Part shown: positions 14,770-27,779 of the stretch, in pieces
Layout of the letters: every line of letters starts with the position of its first letter
Position numbering within the stretch: the stretch's first letter is position 1
Source: Octopus vulgaris
Lineage: Eukaryota
Direction of reading: 5' to 3'
Assembly: GCA_951406725.2 (NCBI GenBank)
Contig: OX597816.1
Span: forward strand, 135,036,001 to 135,100,000
DNA: 64,000 nucleotides
The notes under the pieces: model-generated
What the model saw: the letters and a program-made list of their open reading frames with translations, nothing else
Databases searched by the model: none
Told to the model about the DNA's origin: nothing
Made by a program: the position numbers and the translations under genes

Positions 14770-14879
14770 ATATATATATATATATATATATATTGATAAA
14801 ACGGTAAGATAACAAAAGAAAGAAAGAGACCTCAATATTATGTAAATAGAGGAAATTTATCTATATATATATATATTAA

Positions 14880-15153
14880 AAGAAATGAGGTAATCAGAAG
14901 ATCGGATGGTTTATATTTACAGATATTTATTTATATATTACATTTTTTACATATATATCATATCACTTAGATCATTAGCGCTTTCTCCCATTCTAGTGGG
15001 GTTTTCAAATCAAAAATTTTTGATTTGAAAACCCCACTAGAATGGGAGAAAGCGCTAATGATCTAAGTGATATGATATATATGTAAAAAATGTAATATAT
15101 AAATAAATATCTGTAAATATAAACCATCCGATCTTCTGATTACCTCATTTCTT
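14880..15153. repeat. Perfect spacerless palindrome with 137-bp arms
   Basis: Centre caaaaa|tttttg at 15016/15017. The arms are exact reverse complements and extend to 14874-15159 with one mismatch. Confidence 0.95.
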
Positions 15154-15188
15154 CTAATACATAATACCTGTACATCATCTCCAAACCT

Positions 15189-15192
<4 letters not shown>

Positions 15193-15281
<89 letters not shown>

Positions 15282-15303
15282 CACATATATTGTATATTAA
15301 ATA

Positions 15304-15364
<61 letters not shown>

Positions 15365-15930
15365 TGATATATTAAATATTATATGTATATATATATTATA
15401 TATATTATATACATTATATATATATATATATACTATATATATTATATATTATATATACATTATATATCATATATATATCATATATTATATCATATATATA
15501 TATTATATGTTATATAATATATATTACAAATCTAATATATTTGTATATTGTATATATATTTTATATATATTTATATTATATATATATTATATCATATATA
15601 TAATATATATTATATGTACATAATGTATCTTATATATATATTTATATATTATATATATATTTTATATATATTTATATCATATATATATATTATGTATTAT
15701 ATATATATTATATATCATAATTATTGTATATATGTATTATATATATAATATATATATTATATTGTATATATATATATTCTATATTATATTGTACATATAT
15801 TATATATTATATTATATTGTATATTATATATATATATTATATATTATAATTATATATCATATATTATACATGTTATGTATATTATATATATATATTATAT
15901 ATATTATACATTATATATATTATATATATA
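15193..15930. repeat. (TA)n and degenerate AT-rich low-complexity tract
   Basis: Directly visible. Confidence 0.95.
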
Positions 15931-15949
15931 TTGCTGTTTGTTCCTTCTC

Positions 15950-16212
15950 GAGACACGCCTGGCTCATAGGGACGGTTTACCGGTTTCCTTGGCGTATAGG
16001 TTCCACACCTGGACGGGACGCCGGTCCGTCGCAGGTGAGCTGCAATATGCAGGAGGAAAGAATGAGAGAAAGTTGTGTCAGTCAGGAGAAGTTCGCCATT
16101 ACCTTCTGCCGGAGCCGCGTGGAGCTTAGGTGTTTCGCTCATAAACACACACATAGTCCGGTCTGAGATTCGAACCCCCTATCCGCTGCTCTAACCACTG
16201 GGCCATGTACCT
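15950..16212 (-). mobile_element. tRNA-headed SINE (family C-type head)
   Basis: Minus strand 'tggcccagtggttagagcagcggatagggggttcgaatctc' contains A and B boxes. The head is shared with 19495-19873. Confidence 0.75.
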
Positions 16213-16274
<62 letters not shown>

Positions 16275-16288
16275 TCTTTTATTCGTGA

Positions 16289-16625
16289 AGGCGCATGTCT
16301 CAGTGGTTTGAACGTCGAGCTTACGATCGTGATGTAGTGAGTCCGATTCCCAGACCGGGCGGCGCGTTGTGTTCTTGAGCAAGACTATTTATTTCATGTA
16401 GCTCCAGTTAACTCAGCTGTAGAAATGAGTTGCGACAAAACTGGTGCCAAGCTGTATCGTTCTTTGCATTTCCCTTGGATAACATCGGTGGTGTAGAGAG
16501 GGGAGGGTGGTATTCATGGGCGACTGCTGGCCTTCCACGAACAATCTTGCCCGGACTTGTACCTCGGGGGTAACTTTCCACGTGCAATCCCATGGTCCTT
16601 CATGACCGAAGGGTGTCTTCTCCAT
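16289..16625 (+). mobile_element. tRNA-headed SINE
   Basis: Head 'ggcgcatgtctcagtggtttgaacg...gagtccgattccc', then 'gtgttcttgagcaagac' and a GC-rich body. Confidence 0.75.
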
Positions 16626-16704
16626 TCTTTTATTCCTTTATATGCTTATACACTTTAACCTCGGGGCTGCGGCCATATATATATATAATACGTGTGCATA
16701 CATA

Positions 16705-16766
<62 letters not shown>

Positions 16767-16816
16767 ACATATATATATATATGCATATGTATACATATAT
16801 GTATCTATAATTGCGA

Positions 16817-16847
<31 letters not shown>

Positions 16848-16931
16848 TGTGTGTATATATCTAAATGTATATACATACATACGGACATACATACATGCAT
16901 ACATACATACATACATACATACATACTTATA

Positions 16932-17017
<86 letters not shown>

Positions 17018-17048
17018 TATAAAATATATATGTATATGCTTGTGTGTG

Positions 17049-17117
<69 letters not shown>

Positions 17118-17360
17118 GCACAGGAGTGGCTGCGTGCTATGTATCTTGCTTACCAACCACATTATTCCGGGTTCTCATGACACCGTCGCATAACATCCGA
17201 TCTTGATGTGTTTACATCCCCTTAACCTAGCAGTTCGTTAAAAGAGACCGGTAGAATAAGTACTAGGCTTACAAAAAATAAATCCTGGGGTCGATTTGTT
17301 CGACTAAAGGCAGTGCTCCAGCATAACTGAAACAATTAAAAGAATAAAAGAGTAAAAGAA
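17118..17360 (+). mobile_element. SINE family A, internally deleted
   Basis: Family A head joined directly to the 3' body. Confidence 0.75.
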
Positions 17361-17380
17361 TTTATATACACTCGCGCGCG

Positions 17381-17448
<68 letters not shown>

Positions 17449-17560
17449 CATACATACATACATACATACATACATACATACATACATACATACATACATA
17501 CATACATACATACATACGTAAATACATACATATATACGTATGTGTATATACATCTTCATG

Positions 17561-17866
17561 GAGCACTCCGTCGGTTACGACGACGCGGGTACCAGCTGAT
17601 ACGATCAACGGAACAGCTTGCTCGTGAAATTAATGTGCAAGTGACTGAGTACTCCACCGACATGTGTACTGTATCGTAGTTCTCAGAGAGATTCAGCGTG
17701 ACACAGAGTGTGACAGGGCTGGTCCTTTGAAATACAGGTACTACTCGTTTTTGCCAGCTGAGTGGACTGGATCAACGTGAAATAAAGTGTCTTACTCAAG
17801 GACACAATGCGTCGACTGGAATTGAACTCACGAACTTACGATCGTGAGCCGAATGCCCTAACCACT
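17561..17866 (-). mobile_element. SINE family C
   Basis: Shares the 3' body 'gcactccgtcggttacgacgac...gctcgtgaaattaa' with the copies at 19495 and 43998. Confidence 0.8.
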
Positions 17867-17889
17867 AATATATATATATAAAGATATAT

Positions 17890-17928
17890 ACATACCTACA
17901 TACATTCATACATACATACATACATACA

Positions 17929-17962
<34 letters not shown>

Positions 17963-18374
17963 CATACATACATACATACATACATACATACATACATACA
18001 TACACACATACATACATACATACATACATACATACATACATACATACATGCATGCATGCATACATACATACATATATATATACATACATACATACATACA
18101 CACACACATACATACATACATACATACATACATACATACATACATACATACATACATGCATGCATATGCATACATACATACATACATACATACATACATA
18201 CATACATACATACATACATACATACACACATACATACATACATACATACATACATACATACATACATACATACATACATACATACATGCATGCATGCATA
18301 CATACATACATATATATATACATACATACATACATACACACACACATACATACATACATACATACATACATACA

Positions 18375-18406
<32 letters not shown>
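17890..18406. repeat. Long (TACA)n array with variant units
   Basis: Directly visible. Confidence 0.95.
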
Positions 18407-18407
18407 A

Positions 18408-18663
18408 GGACTGACTCCTGTGCAGGTGGCACATAAAAAGACACCATTTGAGCGTGGCCGTTGCCAGTAATGCCAGACTGGCCCTCGTGCCGGTGACACG
18501 TAAAGGCACCCACTGCACTCTCGGCGTGGTTGGCGTTAGGTAGGGCTTCAAGCTGTATAAGTTCTGCCAGATCAGATTGGAACCTGGTGAAGTCATCTGG
18601 TTCGCTAGTCCTCAGTCAAATCGTTCAACCCATGCTGGCATGGAAAGCAGACGTTAAATAATA

Positions 18664-18700
<37 letters not shown>
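18408..18700 (+). mobile_element. SINE/LINE-tail element ending in (ATG)n
   Basis: GC-rich body ending 'gacgttaaataataatgatgatg', an RTE-type trinucleotide tail. Confidence 0.65.
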
Positions 18701-18743
<43 letters not shown>

Positions 18744-18749
18744 ACATAC

Positions 18750-19005
18750 ATTGTCCCGAAACAGATCAAAGAAGAAAAAGATCCCATTACCTTTAAACGG
18801 AATCTGGGCAAATTTTTTCAAGGAATACGAGATAAGCCACCTATACCTAGATACACCTCACACAACAAGAACTCCCTACTCGAATGGACCATGATACCTC
18901 AAAACGTGACTAAAAAAGGATTTAGCTAATCCTATCAGGTGGTGCTATTAAGTTAGACATGGCCTGGACTAATCCTTGGTCGAAACATGTCTCAGTTACC
19001 TAAGT
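18750..19005 (+). mobile_element. CR1-like LINE 3' end
   Basis: IVPKQIKEEKDPITFKRNLGKFFQGIRDKP..NSLLEW. Its 3' UTR is homologous to 34920-34980 on the minus strand. Confidence 0.7.
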
Positions 19006-19082
19006 TATGTATATATATATATATATATAATTTTAATCCAAACGGGAAAACAGAAAAAACAACAACACGTGGAACAATTACA

Positions 19083-19142
<60 letters not shown>

Positions 19143-19146
<4 letters not shown>

Positions 19147-19340
19147 GGAGAGTTTACGAAAAAAACAAAAGACGAAGACAGGTGGTGTACAAAACAAACA
19201 GATGTATTAGTATAACGCTCAGGAATAGAAAAAGTCTTTTACGTTTCGAGTCTACGCTCTTCTACAGAAAGGGACACAGAAAAAACAACAGAGAAACAAG
19301 GAGAGAAAAAATGTGTGTAGTGGCTAACGATCTATCATGG
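19143..19340 (-). mobile_element. Short Penelope pLTR-like element with minimal hammerhead (19236-19271)
   Basis: CUUU-CUGUAGA-A-GAGC-GUAG-ACUC-GAAA-CG-UA-AAAG. The element ends at a (TA)n array. Homologs at 35075, 41495 and 44789. Confidence 0.75.
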
Positions 19341-19494
19341 CACATACATATGCATACATATACATATGCAAACATATACATACATACATGCATTTGCATA
19401 CATATACATATATAGATATGAATACGTATACATGTATATGTACATATCCATACATATGCATACACATACATGCATATACACATATTTGTTTTTG

Positions 19495-19873
19495 TGGCAC
19501 TGCGTCGGTTACGACGACGAAGGTTCCAGTTGATCCGATCAACGGAACAGCCTGCTCGTGAAATTAATGTGCCAGTGGTTGAGCACTCTACAGACACGTG
19601 TACCCTTAACGTAGTTCTCGGTGAGATTGATCGTGACACAGAGTGTGACAAGGCTGACCCTTTGAAATACAAGCACAACAGAAACAGGAGGAAAGCGTGA
19701 GAGAACGTTGTGGTGAAGGAGTACAGCAGCGCTCGCCACCAACTCCTGCCAGAGCCTTGTAGAGCTTTTAGGTGTTTTCGCTCAATAAACACTCACAACA
19801 CCCAGTCTGGGAATCGAAACTGCGATCCTACAACCGCGAGTCCGCTGCCCTAACCACTGGGCCATTGCACCTC
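19495..19873 (-). mobile_element. SINE family C, full length
   Basis: tRNA-like head 'tggcccagtggttagggcagcggactcgcggttgtaggatcgcagtttcgattccc' plus the shared 3' body. Confidence 0.85.
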
Positions 19874-19897
19874 CACACACACACATGTATGTATATG

Positions 19898-19951
<54 letters not shown>

Positions 19952-19956
19952 TATAT

Positions 19957-20017
<61 letters not shown>

Positions 20018-20481
20018 TATATGCATGTATATGCATATGTGTGAATTTGAATCTATACATGAACCGTGTTTGGATTCATTCAATGTTTGCGATTATTTCA
20101 ACTTGACATTAGTCGGAGCCCAAATTAGTTTCTAATTAATTGTAGTGCAATCCTTGTGAATAAATGCTTCGATTTGATCAGTTCATATGTACCATATAAG
20201 CTTCGTGTGTGCATGGTTAACATTTATTAATACATATACATGAATGTGTGTATATTCACAGACACACACAAGTAGGCATGCATGCATAAACACGTATATA
20301 CATATGCAAATAGATATATTTATTTACATATAGCTATATATACGCATATATATATACATATACATATAGAGATGAATATATATTCATACATACACACACG
20401 CATATATACACATATGTGCATATCTATACACACATGTGTGCATTTACTTTCATTCATATATATATATATATATTATGCATT

Positions 20482-20545
<64 letters not shown>

Positions 20546-20591
20546 ATTATGTATGTATACATATACATATGTATGCATTTACTTTCATTCA

Positions 20592-20630
<39 letters not shown>

Positions 20631-21165
20631 ATATATATGTAAATATATATACACATGCATATGTATATGCTTATGCGTATACATATATAGTTGCACAGTT
20701 ATACTTTATGAGCATGTGTAAATGCAAATATGCTTACTTATATTTCATTGAATTGTGCAGTATAATACATCCATTATAGCCGATCTTACCAATCGGTTTC
20801 GCTCCAGGAGTTCAAAGGAATGTTAGGTCCGATTATGCAACCTTATATGTGTGTGGTGGGGGGGGTGCCCCGCTCCATATTTTTGATAAGGGATTAGACC
20901 AACAGCTTTGGGGTCTGATGATACTCTGTAAGGCCAAACCCCATAAACCGGCCTCCTCCGTTATATTATGTGTATTACATATATACTTACTTTGCATATG
21001 CGTGCATGAATGCATATACGGTTACATATATATATGTATATATATATATATATATATGTATACCTATATCATATACATATGTACACATGCATATGTATAC
21101 ATATATCCACACGCACACATACACACACACACACATACATATATATAATATATCCATATATATAT

Positions 21166-21400
21166 ATATTTCTTTACTACCCACAAGGGGCTAAACATAG
21201 AGGGGACAAACAAGGACAGACAAAGGGATTAAGTCGATTACATCGACCCCAGTGCGTAACTGGTACTTACTTTATCGACCCCGAAAGGATGAAAGGCAAA
21301 GTCGACCTCGGCGGAATTTGAACCCAGAACACTTAACGGCAGACGAAATACGGCTACGCATTTCGCCCGACGCGCTAACGTTTCTGCCAGCTCGCCGCCT
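21166..21400 (-). mobile_element. SINE family B, young full-length copy inside TA-rich repeats
   Basis: 'ggcggcgagctggcagaaacgttagcg...ggttcaaattccgccgaggtcgactttgcctttcatcctttcggggtcgat...gtaaagaaata'. CpGs are retained. Confidence 0.9.
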
Positions 21401-21485
21401 ATATCCATATATATATAATATATCCATATATATATAAATATATCCAAATATATATAAATATATCCATATATATATAAACATATAC

Positions 21486-21541
<56 letters not shown>

Positions 21542-21567
21542 ATATATTTATATATATATGGATATAT

Positions 21568-21598
<31 letters not shown>

Positions 21599-21621
21599 TA
21601 TATATATAAATATATCCATAT

Positions 21622-21658
<37 letters not shown>

Positions 21659-21709
21659 CATACTTACATGCATGAATATATATATATACGTGTGCTGTAC
21701 ACATATGTA

Positions 21710-21767
<58 letters not shown>

Positions 21768-22969
21768 CATGTATGTTTACATATATCCAGATATATATAG
21801 ATGCGTGCGTGTGTATGTGTGTGTGTGTGTGTGTGTACACACATGTATACGTACATCCATATATACTTGCACAATTTGATGGTTCTGTTTTACAGAGTTT
21901 ATTTTAATTTTTCTATATGTTTAATAGATTACTTCGTCTTAAATTCACTGGGAAAGATAATCTGGTGGAAAATCCTTTCATATACAGAGATTGTGTTGAT
22001 CCACGTAGAATTCCAGGTGAATGGTAACAGTTTATGCTTATGCCAAGGACGAAAATGGGAAATTCAACTCCTCTCTTCGTGAAAGTGATATAATATAATG
22101 TAAAATAGACGCATCTTGGGAAGGATGCCGATAGAAAGAGAAATGGGGGGAGAAGAGTGAGGTTGAGAGCAAAAGAGAGAGTCAGTAGGATGAATGGGTG
22201 GGGAGAAAGTGTGTGTGTGTGTGTGTGTGTGTGTTTGTGTGTACGCGCGCACGTATGTGTCTGTGTCTGAATATTGAAGAGCGTGCGTGTACGCAGTTAT
22301 TTCTTCATAATATCGTTCTCGCTCTCTCCCGATCTCTTTCTGACTACACATGTCTGTGTACACACATACACACACACACACAGGCATACGCACATGCACA
22401 CACATAGAATAGACGTGTGTATCTCTATTTCTCCATTCTCTCTATTTGACCTTATTTTGAACTGATGTAAATATAGACCATGTGGTTGATTCCTATGAGT
22501 ATGATGTAGCAGGATTTCTAGGAGGAAGAGAAACAGATGTATCGTTGTTGGGATGCTACTACGAAGCTTGAGGCATTAAAAGAAAGAAAATCACTGATTT
22601 TTTCTTTTTTTTTTTTTTTTTTTTTTAACTTTTCCATTAGGAACTTTTCCTTATTTTGCTTCAAAATAATCCAGAAAATTTCACAATGAAACCATAAAAA
22701 AAAAACGTGCTAACGATACTGAATCGTATCATTGTGATATAACGGATATGCTCGATCCAAACTTTATGAAAAAGCACTCACGCACACACTCTCAAAACTT
22801 TTAAACTTTCACTTTTCTATAAATTCTTGGTAATTTCTTTGTTTCTAAAAAGTTTAATTTGACAGTGAACAGTAATGAATAAATAATACGTAGAAAATTT
22901 TTTCTTTGAAAAACGCATTAAACACACAAAGGAGCTGATTACTTGCTTGTGAGTGAGTCACAGTCTTAC

Positions 22970-23017
22970 CTTAATTTCTTTGGTTTTAATAGAGGGATTG
23001 GTTTTTTCTGTGACTGA
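22970..23017 (-). promoter_or_regulatory. Candidate initiator and non-coding first exon of a minus-strand gene
   Basis: TCAGTC Inr-like motif (23012-23017) followed by a strong donor AAG|GTAAGA (22970/22969), within a ~2-kb TE-poor island. Confidence 0.3.
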
Positions 23018-25114
23018 CGGACTAGGACAGGCAGAGGCAGATAGCAGCCGACTCCGTCTCCGAGTAATCATGGTCATAAGGTAAAATACCCAATGTAAAT
23101 ATATGTGATAAAAGATGCCAGGGTAGGAACAGATGACGCCTTGTGATCGAAGATATTGTGAATCAGATATTCAGTTGCAATATCAAATAAAGATATTGAT
23201 AACAAAAACATTTGGTAAGGAATAGATGTTTCATTTGTAATGAAACCCACAGCACTAAAATAAGAAGAATGGTCACAGGGCGAAAAATAAAATATTAAAT
23301 AAAAACGAAAGGAAAATGTTTCATATCACAGAATATAAAGTTTGGTATTTGTGTGGCGAACCGATTCGATTCTTTTTGTTCCTTTATGTTAAATTCCTCG
23401 AGATAAAAATCACAGTTAATCCATTAATTTAACGATTGCTTAATTTACAGAACAAACTCTATGGAGTGAAAAAGTCGGGTTTTGTTTGGTTTTTTTTTTT
23501 TTGTTTTTTTAAATAAAACTAACAACAACAATCAGATGTATTCAAACTCAACTGAATAACCGGATACAGAGAGATAAAAAGTTGTATGTGAGATTTGAAA
23601 GAACAAAGAGAAGAGACAGGAAAACAAATAATTTAAATAAATAGGTAGAGATTCCCAGCTTCGGTAAGAATAGTTATATGGTATAGAAGCCCTCAACATC
23701 AAATGAAGCTCATTCCAAAACAACAGAACATTAACCTGTGCTACATTTAGGATAGGGGAAGGTAAGATGAGAGGTAGTGATATGCTGGTAGGTGGATTCT
23801 GTTGCTCTTAAGTAACTTAAGATAATTTCAAATGAAACTGAGTGGGGCGTATTTCATGCTTATCTCTTGTGAAGACCCCCTAACAAATAACTACAGGCCG
23901 CTTGTTAAAACCGGTTGACCTCCAAACCATTATAAAAGCTTACCGCTCGCTTTATTACATTGCCATGCCCTACGTTCCTTGCATCACCTACTTAACGCGC
24001 TGTTTTAGCATTTGTGTTCCGCCTTTTCCAAATTTGACCAAAATATGATGTGCCGTATGGTTAACGATGCCCAAAACTGTCCATATATGGTTGAGAGCAG
24101 TCAGCAACTTAGTTTCTTGTATCAACTTTCATATAAGCTGCGCGCCGAGGCTATCCATATACGCCAAAGTTGCTGTTCTTCTGTCAATTTACCAATTTAG
24201 CAGTAGGCTGCGCAAACCAACTCGCAGATAAACTTTCCTCAATTCTTTTCTCACTCATAGTAACAAACATCAACACACCTATATAGTAAGCCAAAACTTA
24301 TGGTTTTATTATTATTATATTCATTCATTTTACTTTTAGTCATAGGAAATTACCATTACTTATAGCAAACGCTCACAACCATACACATACATGAAATTAT
24401 ATATATGTGTGTGATTTCGCTTAGGCGAAATACACGCACGCACACACACACACATATACACATGTAAACAAAATTAAATACACCTAAATATATGTGTATT
24501 TACATACATAACGTAACGAAGATATACATACAGATGCTAGATTTTGAGTTTGTGTAAATATATCAACTTTTTGCTTAACTTGTGCCGCGGTATTTCCTTT
24601 AAGTAATCATTATTCAAACGAAAGATAGAAGAGATTATTGGCTCTTATATGAAATGTCTCCTTATTTCTGTCCTTCAAAAATATAAATAAATGAAATGAA
24701 ATGAAATAAAATAAAATAAAATAAAGGAATCCCACCTCCACATATATTCCAGAAAAATTATAGATTATATTGGAGGGAAATTAATCCTAAAACATTCACT
24801 TGAAGATTTACTTTTATTTCAGGAAACATGATTGATCGTTTCGACCTTACAGAACTTATCTTACCTATTTGGGATAACTGGATAAAAGACATCCATTCGA
24901 TGAGGTTTTAATACAAACGTGACACATACCATATTTCAGCCCGTCCGGTTCTTTATCGTCTGACATGAATATCGCTATTCGATTACAATTGTTTACTTTT
25001 GTAGATGCATTGCTTCAAGTTGTTGTTGTTGTTGTTGTTGTTTTGTCACCCTGCAAACCCTGACTGAACAGAGCTATGATCAAAGGCACTCCAGCTGTGA
25101 CTATCCAGGAGACA

Positions 25115-25178
25115 CAGTAACAGTAACATCGCCATGGAAAGAGGTGGTCCGCCACGGGCGCGACAGTTTTTGTTTCAT

Positions 25179-25232
<54 letters not shown>

Positions 25233-25243
25233 CCGTGCGTGCG

Positions 25244-25292
<49 letters not shown>

Positions 25293-25409
25293 GCGTGCGT
25301 GTGGATAGGGGCACTTTGGAGTCTGCTGTATAGGGTTCGGAGCGTGATGGATAGCGGGAGCAAACTCGAGGGCTACACTCCGCGCGGCATGCACTCTACC
25401 TACGCCACC
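25115..25409 (-). mobile_element. GC-rich tRNA-like SINE with internal (CA)n and (TTACTG)n tail
   Basis: A-box-like TGGCGTAGGTAG and B-box-like GAGTTTGCTCCC. It interrupts another repeat. Confidence 0.55.
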
Positions 25410-25754
25410 TTACAGAACACAACAAACATGTCTTTTTCAAAGACAATGTGATGTGATTTGAAGGAGATTTCACGCCATTTCTAGCATGTCACATGATCAC
25501 ATAGTCCCATCAACTGTTGCGGAGCGCCACCAACGGTCAAGTGTATGCTTTTCTGTTGCGGTGCGACAACGGGCATCTATCGCTAATAAACAAAACATTC
25601 TACAGGTTGGGGAAAGGTAATGTGTGTGGTAAGGGTCCATACCTTGCAAGAACATAAGCGATGTAAATGCCAATAAGAAATTGAGATAATGATGCCCACG
25701 AGACTGGTTGACCATTACTTTATTGATAATCTTTTTATTATTAGTAGCTGGAGA

Positions 25755-26200
25755 GGGTGACGAGCAGGCAAAATCAGTAGCACGTAGGACAAAATAATTA
25801 GCGGTATTTTGACCGGATTTACGTTCTGCGTTCAAATGTCACCGCGGTCTACTTTGCCTTTCATCCTCCCAAGATCGATAAAGTATGTACCAGTTGAACA
25901 CTGGGGTCGATACTTTTGACTTGTCTCGTCCACCGAAATTGCTGGCCTTGTGCCAAAAATTGAAGCCATTGTTAGTAGCTAGAGAGGGTGACGAGCTGGC
26001 CGAATCATTACCACGCAGGGGAAAATGTTTAGCAGCATTTCTTCTGGCTTTACGTTAGGGGTTCAAATACCACTGAGGTCGAGTTTGCCTTTCATACTCT
26101 TGGGGGTCGATAAAATAAGTACCAGTTGAACAATAGGATCGATGTAATCGACAAGCCCATACCCCTTGTGGCTCTAGTACAAAGAATTGTGAATAGTCGA
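25755..26200 (+). mobile_element. Two tandem SINE family B copies
   Basis: Both copies start with 'tagtagct.gagagggtgacgagc.ggc' (about 25742 and 25973) and contain the family core. Confidence 0.8.
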
Positions 26201-26789
26201 AGGAGAGATAATGTCCCATAACACGTGTATGAACTCACATATTTATGAAAACGATGGGGGATGATGTTCAAATTGACCATATGTAAGTCGATCAGGGAAA
26301 AGGATTTGAACAAAGTTTTAGTGTGCAACCTGGTGATGTAAGATACGGCAGGAGTGACTAGAAAAAGACAATCGATGTTGATGTGTACGTCCCCGCAGCT
26401 TAGCTTTTCGGCAAAAGAGGTCGATAGACTAAGTACCAGACTTTAAAATATATATACTGGGATCGACTCGTACTACTAAATCGATTTGTCCAAGGCTGTG
26501 TCCCAGCATGGCCGCAGTCTAGTGACTAAAACAAGTAAAAGGTATTATCAAAAATATATTTTGTTAAAATATCTCATTTAGAACAAATTAGTTGAATATT
26601 AACAAAATTTAACACACTTCTGCTAGAGGTACCTGCTACGAACTGTTCACAAGGCTTGTACAGGCGTTTCAGAAATATTGCTCAGTTTCGATTATATGTA
26701 CATCCCAACGATCTCCAGTACATACTGTTGAAATCAGTGGCGATACACCTTCAACCTCAGAGTGCGCGCTTTCGTGTGTGTGTGCGTGC

Positions 26790-26864
<75 letters not shown>

Positions 26865-27779
26865 GATAAAAGCGGAGTTTCCTCACCTCTCTATTGATTC
26901 AACGATGGTCCATATGGATCTTGGAGAAACATATAAAATTTTGTTGTTAAAATTTATGTGCACTCAGTTGCTTATACTTGTACAATACACAAAATATTTT
27001 TAATATTTTAAATACAATTGCTAAAAATATTTCATTATAAAAGCGCAAAAGGATTTTTTTTAAACATCGAATGGCTATGAGGGTCCACCCGAATAAAATA
27101 AGAATCAAAGGGGTCCACAAAGATAAATGGTTGAGAACGGCTGATTAGTCTTAAGAGAAGTCTATAATGTGTCATAAATAGCCTAAGACAACGCACGAAG
27201 GTTTTTCTCTTTTCATCAATCACTGCTGTCATTTAACACCACCATCATTGCAATTGGTTGTTTCTGAGTCATCACTGTTTGCATAGAGAAGTTCCTCGTC
27301 GACGCCATCCATCGCAATAATGATTCCACGTTTCTAATTCCTTATTATTTCTACTCTCATAGCTACCTGTGCTGACTTTACGCACAGACATACCTATGCA
27401 CTTGTCGGTCACTTCAGTCCTGTTGTTGTAACTAAATTTCCAGTAGTCAACCACTTCTACTCTTCTTACATAAATCACCTAAGTGGTTTGTTGACAACCC
27501 GTGGTTGTTATTGCATCGTTAAACCACCAGAACTGCTTGCTTAATTTTTAGTTACTAAAGTTTTTGTCTTTGTTTCTTCTACTTTGTTGGATTGGTAATC
27601 ATCCTACGTTAGTAATACTAATTTCACCAGCAGAATACCTGGGCCCCGTGGCCATACTTTTCTCAGCTGCAGTTTCCACCAGCTTCGCTCATCCATCTCT
27701 TAAGCATTGTTATTTTTATTTAAAGATTGGCAAAGGTGGAAGTTTTATACCTAATTACTTCCTTCGCTTCCTATGAAGG

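Noticed and set aside
19800-19873. tRNA genes at SINE heads
   Set aside because: They lack complete cloverleaves and run on into SINE bodies.
6569-22465. Dozens of ORFs rich in YI, CV, HT or MYVC
   Set aside because: They are translations of stop-free microsatellites, not genes. The same applies to similar ORFs elsewhere in the window.
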